A stretch of DNA of 64,000 nucleotides from Clostridiales bacterium (GCA_918292005.1 CAKJZJ010000007.1:85411-149410); one strand, 5' to 3'. Positions 25,389-37,198 are shown, counted from the first letter of the stretch. A program made the numbers and translations. Notes: generated by a model not told the origin, from the sequence alone.

Positions 25389-25988
25389 TTATTTGTTTTT
25401 AAAGGATTTGCCGGTTGTTTTGATATTGTACCATAGCAGAATGCATACCTGAATTGGTGCGCCAAGCAAAAATAGTAGCCACATATTGTATGATAAAAAT
25501 TGTAGATATATAGCTGTAATCAATCCCCAATTAAGTAGGGTTAGGGAGAATAGTGAGAAAAATTTTCTGCCCCATTGACGATTGAATGTCTCTAGAAGTA
25601 GCGCCATTATTGGTACAGCCCATATAAATACTTGCCACCATTTCGTACCACGTATACCAGCGTACACATATATAATTGTAGCCAAAAACCAAACAAGTGT
25701 AACACCTAGTAATACAATGGTAATTCTATTGCCCATGTCTGCTTTTTCTATTTTTTTATACTTTTCTTTGTCTGTATTGTCGGTTATTAAATACTCGAAT
25801 TGTACGCCGAAAATATCACAGATTTTGAGTAGTATATCTATGTCGGGTAGCGTATTGCCTTTTTCCCATCTAGATATTGCTTTATCCGAATAATTAAGCA
25901 TTTGGGCTAGGTCTGCCTGCGTCATTTTTTTGCTTTTGCGCAATTCGCAAATATTAATACCTATTAATTGTCTTATATTATTTTCCAT
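25389..25988 (-). CDS. XRE-family HTH regulator with a C-terminal 4-TM membrane domain
   Basis: MTQADLAQMLNYSDKAISRWEKGNTLPDIDILLKICDIFGV, then hydrophobic helices. Confidence 0.8.
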   Translation of the reverse strand: MENNIRQLIGINICELRKSKKMTQADLAQMLNYSDKAISRWEKGNTLPDIDILLKICDIFGVQFEYLITDNTDKEKYKKIEKADMGNRITIVLLGVTLVWFLATIIYVYAGIRGTKWWQVFIWAVPIMALLLETFNRQWGRKFFSLFSLTLLNWGLITAIYLQFLSYNMWLLFLLGAPIQVCILLWYNIKTTGKSFKNK

Positions 25989-26245
25989 ACCTACATTATA
26001 TCATGGCGTGAGAGATAATTCAAGGATAATTATGGTCGAATAATAATAAATTCTACAAAAGTGAGAATTATTTTTTGATACTCTCTAAACTGTTTACCCC
26101 AAAAGTAAGAATTGTCAGAATATGGCGAACAATGACGACCTATCTTATAGTACAATATTATTAATAATATTATTAGTGCTTGTAAGAGAAATGGAAAATA
26201 ATTGATTCATTTGATTGCATCAAATGAAAAATGTTTAGGAGAGAT

Positions 26246-29200
26246 ATGGGACGCTTGACTAAAAGAGTTAGTTTAATATTAATTTGCCTGGCTGTGCTAT
26301 TTATGTCTGGTTGTTCTTTGTTCGGTGGGGATAATAAACCGAAAACTTACAGTATAGACGGCTATGTGTATATAGATGGCGAAGTTGCATCGGGTGCCGA
26401 GATTAATTGTGGGGGACTAGTTGTAGTTACTGATGACACTGGTCACTACGAATGTGCTGGTCTAGATAGGGCTGTACAGGTAACTGTAAGCAAGAATGGC
26501 GTATATTTCGGTGGAGACTTGGTATATGTCTATACTGATGCTAGTGATGTAAATTTCACAGGTTACACAATATTTGAGATAGGTGGTATTACCAAAAATG
26601 GCGCACAGGTGGTGCCATATGCTAGAGTAAAAGCAACTAGTGTGCTAGGAGAATATGAGACAGTATCCAATGAATTCGGTGTGTTTTATTTACCTAGACT
26701 AGCAGGTTCGGTACAGGTAGTAGCATACAAAGATGGAATTAATTTCTTTACACAAACTATTGATAAAACTGCTCACGAAGTAGTTGTAGATTCCCAGACG
26801 AGAATTACTGGTAGAATAGTTGCTGATGATGATTTTGCGATAGATGATTTTACACTCATGCTAGATGATACAGAGTGTGAGATAAATGCAGATGGTTCAT
26901 TTGTTATGACGGGTGTAGAATTGGGTGCTTGTGTAACATTGAGTAGTGACTTATTCTACATAGCAGATGTAAATCGTGAGATAGAGACAGTTAATGATTA
27001 TTTGGTTTTCCAGGCCTATAAATATTATTCGGCTACTGGTAGAGTACTGAGTGGTGAGACTCCACTGGCAGATGCTGAGATTATGGTGGGCGACAGGGCT
27101 ATAGAGAATATTGATGGAACATTCCAAATAGATGACCTATATGGAGAACAGTCTATATCTACCATACTGAATGGTTACACTTTTGCTGATGCGATTGTAA
27201 GTAAGGATAATAATGATATCGTCATTCAGGGGACATTCGCAATTAGTGGTGTGCTTGAATATGATGTGGCTGGTAATGCTCTAGTGTATGTAGATGGTGT
27301 GGCAGTTGATTTGGATAGGAATAGATTTACATATAATGATGCCCACCTAGGTAGTATTATTACTATAGACAATGCGGCTTATCACATAGATGGCGAAATG
27401 GTGGTAGATGGTATGTCGGAAAAGACTTTCCATCTATATAAATTGTATGATGTGAATATTACTCTATCTGGTAATACAGATGGTCTAAATGCAACTATTG
27501 ATGGCAATAGTGTGGACATAGTAGATGGGTATATCTGGGTGCCTGGTGTGTATGGAGAGCATACACTTGCTTTCACTCAGGCGGGCTATCACTATGATGA
27601 AGTACACTTGAATAGTGCTAATGGAACAATGACAGTTTCTGGCAAAAGATTATACAATCTTAGCATAAAAGTTGTGTCTGGCGAGAGAAATCTGACAGAT
27701 GCACATGTTACTATTGCCGGTGATGATAATGTAGTAAACGACAATGCAGTATTCACTCTAGTCAATATATATGATAGTGGTAGAGCCATAATTACTTGTG
27801 ATGGATACAATACTAGAGAGATTACTTTTAGTGGTGATAATAATGACATAATAGTAGACCTAGACTATGATGTTGTAGGTACTATTACCATTGCAGGTAA
27901 TCCTGTCAATGGTGTTACTATTACAGTAGGCGAGGCTAGCATGGTTACCGGTAGAAATGGTAAATTTGCTATTTCTCATTTGACTGGTGCACATACTATT
28001 AGTTTTACCAAAGAGTATTATACATTCGCTAGTGTGAATGTTAGTGCTAGTGCCACACTGGATATAAGTGGTACATATAGAGTTTCGGGTACTCTTACCA
28101 ATGGTCTAGGGGGTATTGCAGGTATGAGTGTTAGTCTACTCAATACCGACACAATGGACATTGTGAGTGTGCAGACGGACGGAAATGGTGTGTACGAATT
28201 CACCGGTCTGGGTGGAGAATATATACTCTATTATGATGAGTCGGCACACATTACTCTCAAACCTAATTGTTACGATATATCTACTGGTGGCGTGTACAAT
28301 TTCTCGGATACAGGTTATGGATTTGCTGGTAGAATTACATGTGGCGATGTAGGTGTTCCTGATGTAATGCTAGTGGCAGGAGATGTCAGGGCATATACTG
28401 ACGAAGATGGCTACTATAGATTTGATTTGATTGTTTCGGATGCAATACTATCTATTAGCAAGACAGGTTATGTATTTGCAGGTAATGGTCTGGCTGTAGA
28501 TGGAGAATATGATGGTAGAGAAGATGTAAACTTCACATGTACATATAGTATTGCTGGTAGAATTACCATGGGGGGCAATGCAATGTCTGGAGTGGAGATA
28601 TCTACTCAAGGTCAGACTACTACAACTGATGAGTTTGGTTGTTATACATTTGATAGTCTAGTTGGTGCTGGAGAGATAGAGATAAACCATGCAGGATATA
28701 TATTTGATGGTGTTTTGACATACACAGAGCATTGTACTCTAGACTATTCGGCATACTTCAATCAATCATTACATATTGTATCGGGTAATCTAGATGTGTC
28801 GGGTGTAGAAATATGCTGTGGAGAGCAGGTGATTGCAAGTGATGCACAGGGTATGGCAAATCTTACTCATGTTACTAGTGGTGATACTATCACATTCTCA
28901 AAATCGGGATATAGCATAAATAGCATTACCCTAGATGATGTATCGGATACTATACTAGTGCAGACTACTTATACTCTGCAGGGTGTAGTTACTAGTATTA
29001 GTCCTATAGCAAATGTAGTAGTAGGATATGGTGCTAATAGCACTACCACAGATGCCCAGGGTAGATTTACCATATCTGGTATTAGTGGTAGTATTACACT
29101 TACATTTGTCAAGTCCGGATTTGCATTTAATGATGTGGTAATTGCTGGTGAAACTAGCGTAATTATTACAGCGCAGTATTCGGTATCTGGTACCATTGTT

Positions 29201-30895
29201 GTAGGTACTCATGCACTATCTGGTGTTACTGTTACAGCAGGCACTAGGGTAACCACCACAGATGAGAATGGTCTATTCCAATTCGATGGTTTGAGTACTG
29301 CTACAAATATTACATTTGCCAAAACTGGCTACACATTTACACCTAGTAGCGTGAATGTGAATAGTCCAGAAGTATTGAATATTAGTGCATACTACAGTAT
29401 TTCTGGTAGAACAATGAGTGGAAATATAGTCGTAGATGTTGTGCAAGTAACGTTGTCTAATGGCGACTATGTATATACAGATAATGATGGATATTACACA
29501 TTCAATAGTGTATCTGATGTGGTAAATATCACATTTACCAAGTCTGGATATGACACTCAAGTTATTAATAATGTAACAGGATATCGTAATGATTGTAATG
29601 CTAATATGACATATAGTGTAGATATTACATTCACAGGCATTAGCGACTATACTGGACTCAATGTGGGTGTCAATGGTGTAAATTCCACAGCTACTGGTAG
29701 TCCATACACTATAAGTAATCTATCTGGTGAGAATACAATTACATTCAGCAAGACAGACTATCTATTCACTCCTAGCAGTTATATAGTTTCTGGTCACATT
29801 AGTATTCCTGTTAGTGCAACACTCGTATATACCGTCAGTGGTACATTCAAGACATCTTCGGGTATTGCTATACCTGGAGCCACCATTACAGCAGGTACAT
29901 TATCTACTACAACCGATGGTAATGGTGCATATACTCTCACGGGACTCAATACCAGTGCTAGACTAGTAGCAACTATGTCTACTACTAGCAATACTATTAC
30001 CAAAGAGACCAATGTAAGTAGCACATGTACATACAATTTCACTGCTAGTGATTATGAGTATGCATACTTCATGTGGTGTAGGGGCTATGATTATTTGCGT
30101 GCTTCTAGGTATTATGAGATTTATGGCAAAGGTTCAGTTGTGGCTCATCCACCATTAGTTGGCGATCAGACACAGACTGTCACACTCATATATAAGAAAG
30201 ACTTGAATTATAGAATATTCAAAAATCAAAACCATGGTAGTGTAACAATGGGTGTAGACCCTAGGGTTGCTTTACTGACAGCCATTAATATTAATAATGG
30301 TCAGGATGGTGTATTCAGATATCAGAGAAAATCTGGTGGAGATGTGTCTACCAATACTGCTAGTTTCGATACTAATTGGTCGACAGATAAAACCAAGGCA
30401 AGCTTCCTAAGTGATAATGGTATAGATTCGGATAGTTTCTATCCATACACCATTAATAGCAATACAATTAAATCTATTACAAATCTAGTAAAAACTTCTA
30501 CCGGATATACTTTCAAAATGACACTAGACCATAACAAAGCCGAGACCACGGCTAGTTACAAAAAACAAATGTATTATATGTGTTCCGATCAAACATGTAA
30601 GAGTTTCAGTAAAATAGAACTCAAATACGAGATTAATAATAGTGGCTTTATCAAACAGATGGATATAAGCGAGACATATACGGTTACTGCAAAGGGCTTT
30701 GATGTAAGTACAGATGGCGACATTAGTTATTATTTCTATACTACATATATGGATCAGCCTATTACTCCAATAGATTTGAGTACGGCATCGACTATAGCGA
30801 ATGCTGTAGCAATGCCTACATTGCCAAACACTAAAATTTCTTATATTAGTCCTACTGACCTATACATCTATGACGATAGGAGATATGTATTATGA
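26246..30895 (+). CDS. Giant lipoprotein with many tandem carboxypeptidase-regulatory-like (prealbumin-fold) repeats and a distinct C-terminal domain
   Basis: Lipobox LFMSGC. Recurring G.V..G..PV.GV.IT.G....TD..G.Y.F..L.G...I.F.K.GY.F units. ATG 26246 follows AGGAGA; the track start is 26231. Confidence 0.8.
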   Translation: MGRLTKRVSLILICLAVLFMSGCSLFGGDNKPKTYSIDGYVYIDGEVASGAEINCGGLVVVTDDTGHYECAGLDRAVQVTVSKNGVYFGGDLVYVYTDASDVNFTGYTIFEIGGITKNGAQVVPYARVKATSVLGEYETVSNEFGVFYLPRLAGSVQVVAYKDGINFFTQTIDKTAHEVVVDSQTRITGRIVADDDFAIDDFTLMLDDTECEINADGSFVMTGVELGACVTLSSDLFYIADVNREIETVNDYLVFQAYKYYSATGRVLSGETPLADAEIMVGDRAIENIDGTFQIDDLYGEQSISTILNGYTFADAIVSKDNNDIVIQGTFAISGVLEYDVAGNALVYVDGVAVDLDRNRFTYNDAHLGSIITIDNAAYHIDGEMVVDGMSEKTFHLYKLYDVNITLSGNTDGLNATIDGNSVDIVDGYIWVPGVYGEHTLAFTQAGYHYDEVHLNSANGTMTVSGKRLYNLSIKVVSGERNLTDAHVTIAGDDNVVNDNAVFTLVNIYDSGRAIITCDGYNTREITFSGDNNDIIVDLDYDVVGTITIAGNPVNGVTITVGEASMVTGRNGKFAISHLTGAHTISFTKEYYTFASVNVSASATLDISGTYRVSGTLTNGLGGIAGMSVSLLNTDTMDIVSVQTDGNGVYEFTGLGGEYILYYDESAHITLKPNCYDISTGGVYNFSDTGYGFAGRITCGDVGVPDVMLVAGDVRAYTDEDGYYRFDLIVSDAILSISKTGYVFAGNGLAVDGEYDGREDVNFTCTYSIAGRITMGGNAMSGVEISTQGQTTTTDEFGCYTFDSLVGAGEIEINHAGYIFDGVLTYTEHCTLDYSAYFNQSLHIVSGNLDVSGVEICCGEQVIASDAQGMANLTHVTSGDTITFSKSGYSINSITLDDVSDTILVQTTYTLQGVVTSISPIANVVVGYGANSTTTDAQGRFTISGISGSITLTFVKSGFAFNDVVIAGETSVIITAQYSVSGTIVVGTHALSGVTVTAGTRVTTTDENGLFQFDGLSTATNITFAKTGYTFTPSSVNVNSPEVLNISAYYSISGRTMSGNIVVDVVQVTLSNGDYVYTDNDGYYTFNSVSDVVNITFTKSGYDTQVINNVTGYRNDCNANMTYSVDITFTGISDYTGLNVGVNGVNSTATGSPYTISNLSGENTITFSKTDYLFTPSSYIVSGHISIPVSATLVYTVSGTFKTSSGIAIPGATITAGTLSTTTDGNGAYTLTGLNTSARLVATMSTTSNTITKETNVSSTCTYNFTASDYEYAYFMWCRGYDYLRASRYYEIYGKGSVVAHPPLVGDQTQTVTLIYKKDLNYRIFKNQNHGSVTMGVDPRVALLTAININNGQDGVFRYQRKSGGDVSTNTASFDTNWSTDKTKASFLSDNGIDSDSFYPYTINSNTIKSITNLVKTSTGYTFKMTLDHNKAETTASYKKQMYYMCSDQTCKSFSKIELKYEINNSGFIKQMDISETYTVTAKGFDVSTDGDISYYFYTTYMDQPITPIDLSTASTIANAVAMPTLPNTKISYISPTDLYIYDDRRYVL

Positions 30896-33800
30896 AAAAA
30901 TTTGGTTTAAAAATTAAATTATCAATAGTGCTAATATTACTAGCATCTCTAGTAATTCTCTTTTCGCCAGCCTATGTGGCATACGCTAGCCTAAGTGATC
31001 AAGGAACAAATTTTACATTCAAAACGCAATCAACCAATCCTGCTTCATTCAAAAGCACGATGACTGCTCTCAATACTAGATACAATCTATACGGCAATGC
31101 AACTACTACAGAACAAATGTATACCATCAAGGCAACTAATTGTGCAAGTATAGACAATCAAAGTTATGTAGATCCGGTGGCAACGTTTGAATACGTTGGT
31201 GACGATTATACGATACATACGGCTTATGGTAGTAGTACCAGTACTTCAAAGAGAAATTCTAGAGTTTCGACCATATTTAGCATTTCGAATGGCTTGAAAG
31301 ATATGGCAGATAGAAATTGCCTAGTGGCTACACTTACTGCACAGGTTAAATCCAATAAAGAGAATGTGGCTGTAGGTTTCTATAATGGCTCATATTCTAG
31401 TACAGATTATTCTGGACTTAGCAGTACGTCGTCCAGTAGAACAACGTCGGCTGAAACTAGTAGCTCATGGTCTACCAAGACTCTGGCTCTAGGTAATGAT
31501 AGTAGCCACAGAATAACGACAGATACGTTTATGGTTGTATTTGTAACAGAACGTACTAGTGGAGATTTTTTCGGAAGAAAAAACCAATTATATGTGAAAA
31601 CTCCATATATTACCTTTACATCACTAGACACTATTGCTCCTAATGTATCCGATATTAGTTTCGATAATACTTGGGTAAATGCTAATAAAACTATCACTCT
31701 GACTGTCGCTGATAACCATGGTGGTAGCCAGACATATATGAGTGGTATTAAAAGTGTTACCGTAAATGGTACAGCACTTACGGCCACCAATTCCAATAAT
31801 AATAATGTAAATACTTACGAATTTACAGCCAGTCCTAATGTAGATGAATATACAGTTGTCATGACAGATGCATCTGGTAATAGTGCTACTAGGACCTATA
31901 ATAAAACAGATTTCAGAATAGATACTGTAGATGTAAATACTCCTAGCATCACTATGGATGATGAATTTGCTAGCAGACATATAGTGGTTAATTCTAGTTA
32001 TGTATTCGACAATCTCAGTGCAGAGACATTACATTATGAATTGCATAGACATGGCGAGAATGAAGTATTGCAGACGGGTACTCTTAATTTTGGTACAGAT
32101 AGTTTTGATATAGAAGATAATGGAGTATTTGATGTAGTTTACTATGCAACAGATGCTGTAGGACATGGCTCAAATACTACCAATACAGTGACTAGGACAT
32201 TCAATGTAAACGAACCACTATATGAGATACATGTAAATATAATAAACGGAACATTAGAAAATATAGTTGGTGCAGAAGCCAGACTAGAAGGTGGGGTGTA
32301 TAAATACTATTCACTTACTGGCAAAGAAGTAGAGATAAGATACACATGCCAGGCTGGGTACACTTATGCTACTGCTACCCATAATGGCAATAATATTGAT
32401 GCCACACACGAGTCTTGCACAATTACCACTACTGGTAGCGACAATGTCAATATTAGACTAAAATATGTGCTTAGTGTGGAAGATTATGTAGACGAGTATG
32501 TATTTAATAAAGATGGCGGATTGAGCCCAATATATTATTTTGATGTAGATGAGAATATTCAGAATAGTCTAGATGTTGCATTAACCTATTCTGGTAAAGG
32601 TACCGAATTATACAATGCAGGTAATTATACTGTAACATGGTCTTGTGAGAATGATAATTACATAGGTAGTGGCACATTTGATATAGACGTAGTTCCTAGT
32701 CCACAGACTATGACCTATACAGGCGAGACCACATTTAGATATACAGGTGTGGCACATACAGTATCTTATGTACCTTTTGAAGATTTTGAGATAGAGCTCA
32801 GATACTACATAGGTGATATAAATACCGATTTGATTAATGCTGGCAATTATATTCTGAGACCTGTATCACTAGATGAAAATTATGTAATTATTAATAGTGA
32901 CATCACAGTAGTAGTATTACCTATAGAATTGTACGTCAATATTACCGAAAATGACTATACATATACTAGCAATCCTATTCGACTAACATACAATATAACC
33001 GACGAGAATGGCAATCCAGTAGCCCTAACCGATGCAGATATGGATTATTCTGTGGGTGGCAATATTACGGACATTATTAATGCTGGTGTGTATATGGTGG
33101 GCTTTAGACCTAAAAACTCCAATTACGAAGTTTCGGTAGTAATGAATAATACAATCGTAGTAGCACCTAAGCCTACATATGTGACATCTGTAAATGACTA
33201 CACATATACTGGAGAAATACAGACATTCGTATATACTCTATCCGAAGATATAGAGAGTGAATATACTGTAGATGATATATTGAATGTTGGCGAATATGAG
33301 TATAGTATTGTATCGCTAAATGCCAATTATGTGGTTATTCTAGAGAATAATACATTTACAGTATTGCCAATGCAGATAGATGTATTGGATATTGTAAATG
33401 AATATACATATAATGGCGAAGAAATAGATATAGAATATACTCTATCTAGAGAGATTAGCCACACATTTGCAAGTTGTCAGGCTGGTGAAATAACACCACT
33501 AATAAATGTTGGCGAATATAATATAGAATTTGTTTCTACTGATGCTAATTATGTAATAATTAATAATGAAAAAATAGTAGAGATAGTGCCATTACAAATA
33601 GTTGTAGACGTGGTAAACGACACATTTGTATATAATGGCGAAAATAATAATGTAGAGATAACAATCAATGGTACTCCAAATTATACTATTAATTACTATA
33701 TTGGTGGAGAATTGACTACAGATACTAGTATGGTAGGCGAGTATGATTGGACTTTGGTATTAGACGATGATAATTACGTGGGTAGTGCTACAGGGCATAT

Positions 33801-35889
33801 TACTGTAGAAAAAAGAACGGCGTATGTTATAGCACATTCTGGTCAAGCAAAATCTTATGGAGATGCAGAAGGTGTACTCACTTATGATGTAGAAAATCTA
33901 GTCAATGATGATAATGTAGAAGTGCTTTTGTCTAGAGCAGTAGGCGAGAGTGTTGGAGTATATTACATTGATATTGAGAGTTTCAGTAGTGATAGGTATG
34001 TCCTAGATTACTCTGGAGCATATTTCAAAATTACACCTAAAAATATAATAGTCGTAGCAGAGAAAAAGACAAAAACCTATTCAGATGCTGATCCAGAACT
34101 TACTTATAAAATTGTAATGAATGGAGTGATGGTAGACCATTTGATAGGAGATGATGTTTTGTCGGGCAGTCTAACTAGAGTGTTGGGCGAGAATGTAGGC
34201 TCGTATGATATCTTGCTAGGTACTATTACTCATAGCAATTATAGTATTCTATACAAATCATCTACACTAGAAATTGTCCCAATGGACGTGGTAATAGATA
34301 TTGATGATAAATATGTTACATACGGCGAAAGTGCAGAACTTACATATACTATAGTAACACCTTGTGATGAGAGTGGTATTACAGGTAATATTACAAGAGT
34401 TGCCGGTGATACTGTGGGTGAGTATGCTATCACGGCAGGTACTCTGGATAGCGATAATTATAATCTAATTGTGAATAATGGTGTATATACCATAGGTAGA
34501 AAGAATGCCACCATTACAGCACATGCTTCGTACAAAGTATATGGCGAGACAGAAACACTAGAATATGATACTGTAGGGCTAATAAATGGAGATACTCTAT
34601 CTGGCAGTCTAACTAGAGTAGTAGGAGAGAATGTTGGTACATACGATATCCTAGTAGGTACTCTAAATAATGATAATTACAATCTGGAATATGTAGGTAA
34701 TGTGCTTACAATTACCAAGGCCGAGATTGGAATTATTATTGATAGCAAATCGCAAGTATATGGTGGAGTTGCAGTGCCATTCACATATAGTATTACAGGA
34801 CTTAAAAATGACGACCGTATAGGTGTGCAAATCTGGCGTGCAGAAGGCAACAATGCTGGCGAGTATGAGATATCATATCAATTATCTAATGACGACAATT
34901 ATACTGTAGTAAATGTAAATATCGGTGTATATACCATTACACGTGCAGCATCTAGTTTGCATTTGGTAAACGACACCTGCGTATATGATGGCAAAGCACA
35001 CACTATTACTACCGATGAATTTGATGGCATTACTTACGTTTATAAACTAAATGGTTTTGTGGTAGATGAAATGGTAAATGCTGGTGTGTATGAGATACAA
35101 GCATTCTTCGATGGTAATGCTAATTATAATGGTTGCAGAAGTAATGTTGCTACTCTTACAATAGAAAAACAACAAGTGTATATTACACTAGGCGACAATA
35201 ATTTTGTATATGATGGTGAGACCAAATTCCCAATCTACTATTATGATAAAAATACTGGCGTGCTAGATTCTAATATCGTTTACGAATTTGAGAATGATAT
35301 TATTCCAGTCGAAGTTGGAGAATATAATTTCAGAATAAATATTATTGACGATAATTTCGCAGGCTCTGTTAGTGGCATTATCAGGATAGAAAATAAATTT
35401 GTATTAGAGAATGATAATTACTCTGTAGAGAGTGCAGATGCTACATTCTCCGAACGTGCTAGAAGTGTGAGTCTGGTAAAACTAGATGCAGACAATAAAT
35501 ATCATGGTCAAAAGGTTTTGTCAAAATATACACTAGTTTCAGACACAGAAGAAGAAGTTTCTGACAATAAGTGTGTTTATACAATCAAAGTAAAAGCAAA
35601 TGGTAAAAGTGATCAGGCATACATTTATAGAGTAAATGGTGATGAAGTAACACAGATAGCAGTTAGCAAAGAAGATGGTTACTATGTATTTAAGGTAGAT
35701 AGATTGGGTGATGAATTCATCATTACCGAAGACTTTGAACCTGTGAATATGGGACTTATTATTGCTATAAGTGTTGGTGTATTATTGCTAGGAATAATCA
35801 TTGTAGGTATCATTATTAGATCTAAAAAGAGAAAGAAAGAATCTGTCAAGGTTTCTGATGTACCTACAGATACATATAATGTCAATTAA
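30892..35889 (+). CDS. Giant surface protein with a signal peptide, MBG-type repeats (K.YGD.DP.LTY...GL..GD.LSGSLTR..GE.VG.Y.I) and a C-terminal TM anchor
   Basis: ATGA overlap with the upstream gene. At least 6 repeats of the YGD/LTR/GENVG unit. C-terminus LIIAISVGVLLLGIIIVGIIIRSKKRKKE. Confidence 0.8.
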   Translation: MKKFGLKIKLSIVLILLASLVILFSPAYVAYASLSDQGTNFTFKTQSTNPASFKSTMTALNTRYNLYGNATTTEQMYTIKATNCASIDNQSYVDPVATFEYVGDDYTIHTAYGSSTSTSKRNSRVSTIFSISNGLKDMADRNCLVATLTAQVKSNKENVAVGFYNGSYSSTDYSGLSSTSSSRTTSAETSSSWSTKTLALGNDSSHRITTDTFMVVFVTERTSGDFFGRKNQLYVKTPYITFTSLDTIAPNVSDISFDNTWVNANKTITLTVADNHGGSQTYMSGIKSVTVNGTALTATNSNNNNVNTYEFTASPNVDEYTVVMTDASGNSATRTYNKTDFRIDTVDVNTPSITMDDEFASRHIVVNSSYVFDNLSAETLHYELHRHGENEVLQTGTLNFGTDSFDIEDNGVFDVVYYATDAVGHGSNTTNTVTRTFNVNEPLYEIHVNIINGTLENIVGAEARLEGGVYKYYSLTGKEVEIRYTCQAGYTYATATHNGNNIDATHESCTITTTGSDNVNIRLKYVLSVEDYVDEYVFNKDGGLSPIYYFDVDENIQNSLDVALTYSGKGTELYNAGNYTVTWSCENDNYIGSGTFDIDVVPSPQTMTYTGETTFRYTGVAHTVSYVPFEDFEIELRYYIGDINTDLINAGNYILRPVSLDENYVIINSDITVVVLPIELYVNITENDYTYTSNPIRLTYNITDENGNPVALTDADMDYSVGGNITDIINAGVYMVGFRPKNSNYEVSVVMNNTIVVAPKPTYVTSVNDYTYTGEIQTFVYTLSEDIESEYTVDDILNVGEYEYSIVSLNANYVVILENNTFTVLPMQIDVLDIVNEYTYNGEEIDIEYTLSREISHTFASCQAGEITPLINVGEYNIEFVSTDANYVIINNEKIVEIVPLQIVVDVVNDTFVYNGENNNVEITINGTPNYTINYYIGGELTTDTSMVGEYDWTLVLDDDNYVGSATGHITVEKRTAYVIAHSGQAKSYGDAEGVLTYDVENLVNDDNVEVLLSRAVGESVGVYYIDIESFSSDRYVLDYSGAYFKITPKNIIVVAEKKTKTYSDADPELTYKIVMNGVMVDHLIGDDVLSGSLTRVLGENVGSYDILLGTITHSNYSILYKSSTLEIVPMDVVIDIDDKYVTYGESAELTYTIVTPCDESGITGNITRVAGDTVGEYAITAGTLDSDNYNLIVNNGVYTIGRKNATITAHASYKVYGETETLEYDTVGLINGDTLSGSLTRVVGENVGTYDILVGTLNNDNYNLEYVGNVLTITKAEIGIIIDSKSQVYGGVAVPFTYSITGLKNDDRIGVQIWRAEGNNAGEYEISYQLSNDDNYTVVNVNIGVYTITRAASSLHLVNDTCVYDGKAHTITTDEFDGITYVYKLNGFVVDEMVNAGVYEIQAFFDGNANYNGCRSNVATLTIEKQQVYITLGDNNFVYDGETKFPIYYYDKNTGVLDSNIVYEFENDIIPVEVGEYNFRINIIDDNFAGSVSGIIRIENKFVLENDNYSVESADATFSERARSVSLVKLDADNKYHGQKVLSKYTLVSDTEEEVSDNKCVYTIKVKANGKSDQAYIYRVNGDEVTQIAVSKEDGYYVFKVDRLGDEFIITEDFEPVNMGLIIAISVGVLLLGIIIVGIIIRSKKRKKESVKVSDVPTDTYNVN

Positions 35890-35938
35890 AATTTTTGACA
35901 TTTCACTTTACAAAAAAATATTTTATGTTAAAATAGAA

Positions 35939-36073
35939 TTATCCATATAGAGTGTGTTAGGGACAGCCCCGATGACCACACAGCAACCTGTCATATCGCA
36001 AGGTGCTAAAGGCTGATCGATGGAGATAATTAATTCTGTGAATATTATACCCATCGAGTGATGGGTATTTTTT
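35939..36073 (+). promoter_or_regulatory. SAM-I (S-box) riboswitch with terminator
   Basis: TTATCCATATAGAG...TTAGGGACAGCCCCGATGACC...GCAACC...GGTGCTAAAGG...GATGGAGATAA, then hairpin ATACCCATC-GAGT-GATGGGTAT plus a T-run. Sits directly upstream of metK. Confidence 0.85.
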
Positions 36074-36115
36074 GTTTTTACTTATATATGGAAATAATTA
36101 CTACGGAGAAATTTT

Positions 36116-37198
36116 ATGAAATTAATTACTAGTGAATCGGTGAATATTGGACATCCGGATAAAACGTGTGATGTGATAGCCGATGCGATTCTTGACGAAG
36201 CATTACGTCAAGATGCGAATGCACAGATGGCAGTGGAGTGTGCCATCAAAAATAATAAACTATTTATATATGGTGAAGCGACAACCACTGCATCTATTGA
36301 TTATGATAGGGTGGCACGAGATATCCTTAGAGATATAGGGTACACCTGTGACTTTACTATAGTCAAAGAGATTAGCCAGCAGAGTGTAGATATATCTAGT
36401 GCTGTGCATAAAGATAAATTGTCGGCAGGAGATCAGGGTATTATGTACGGCTATGCTACCGACGAGACACCAGAATACATGCCAACCCCTATTATTATTG
36501 CCCATGACCTAATGAGAGAATATGAGAAATTCCGTAAGACCAATAGTGGATATCATGCCGATGCCAAAAGTCAGGTAACTGTAGTATATGATGAAGACAC
36601 ACCTGTGGCTATTGATACAGTAGTTATTAGTGCATCTCATGATGAGAGTGTATCTATAGAGAAGCTACGTAAGACTATTATGGATAAGGTGATAAATAAA
36701 GTATTGCATAAATATAATTATCTAGATAGTTCTTGTACTAGATGTTTAGTCAATCCAGGTGGTAAATTTACTATATGGGGAAGTTTCGGTGATAGTGGCT
36801 GTGTAGGCAGAAAGATTGTTGTAGACACCTATGGTGGTGTGGGCAGAGTAGGTGGTGGCTGTTTTAGTTCCAAGAATGCTACCAAAGTGGATAGATCGGG
36901 TGCATATTATGCGAGATTCGTTGCCAAAAATATTGTTGCGCACAAATTGGCACACAAATGTGAAATACAGGTGTCTTATGCAATAGGTGTGGAGAATGCA
37001 GTTAGTGTCTACATAGATACATTTGGCACTAATATGGTAGATATGTCTGTGATATATAAATATGTGGACGACAATTTTAATTTTAGTCTCAGCAATATGA
37101 TTACTACACTGCATCTCAATGAGCCTATATTCAAACAAACTGCATGCTATGGGCATTTCGGTAGGAATGAGTTTAGCTGGGAAAAAATAATAAAATAG
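36116..37198 (+). CDS. metK: S-adenosylmethionine synthetase
   Basis: GHPDKTCD, GDQGIMYGYA, DAKSQVTV, GGGCFSSKNATKVDRSGAYYAR. Confidence 0.9.
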   Translation: MKLITSESVNIGHPDKTCDVIADAILDEALRQDANAQMAVECAIKNNKLFIYGEATTTASIDYDRVARDILRDIGYTCDFTIVKEISQQSVDISSAVHKDKLSAGDQGIMYGYATDETPEYMPTPIIIAHDLMREYEKFRKTNSGYHADAKSQVTVVYDEDTPVAIDTVVISASHDESVSIEKLRKTIMDKVINKVLHKYNYLDSSCTRCLVNPGGKFTIWGSFGDSGCVGRKIVVDTYGGVGRVGGGCFSSKNATKVDRSGAYYARFVAKNIVAHKLAHKCEIQVSYAIGVENAVSVYIDTFGTNMVDMSVIYKYVDDNFNFSLSNMITTLHLNEPIFKQTACYGHFGRNEFSWEKIIK

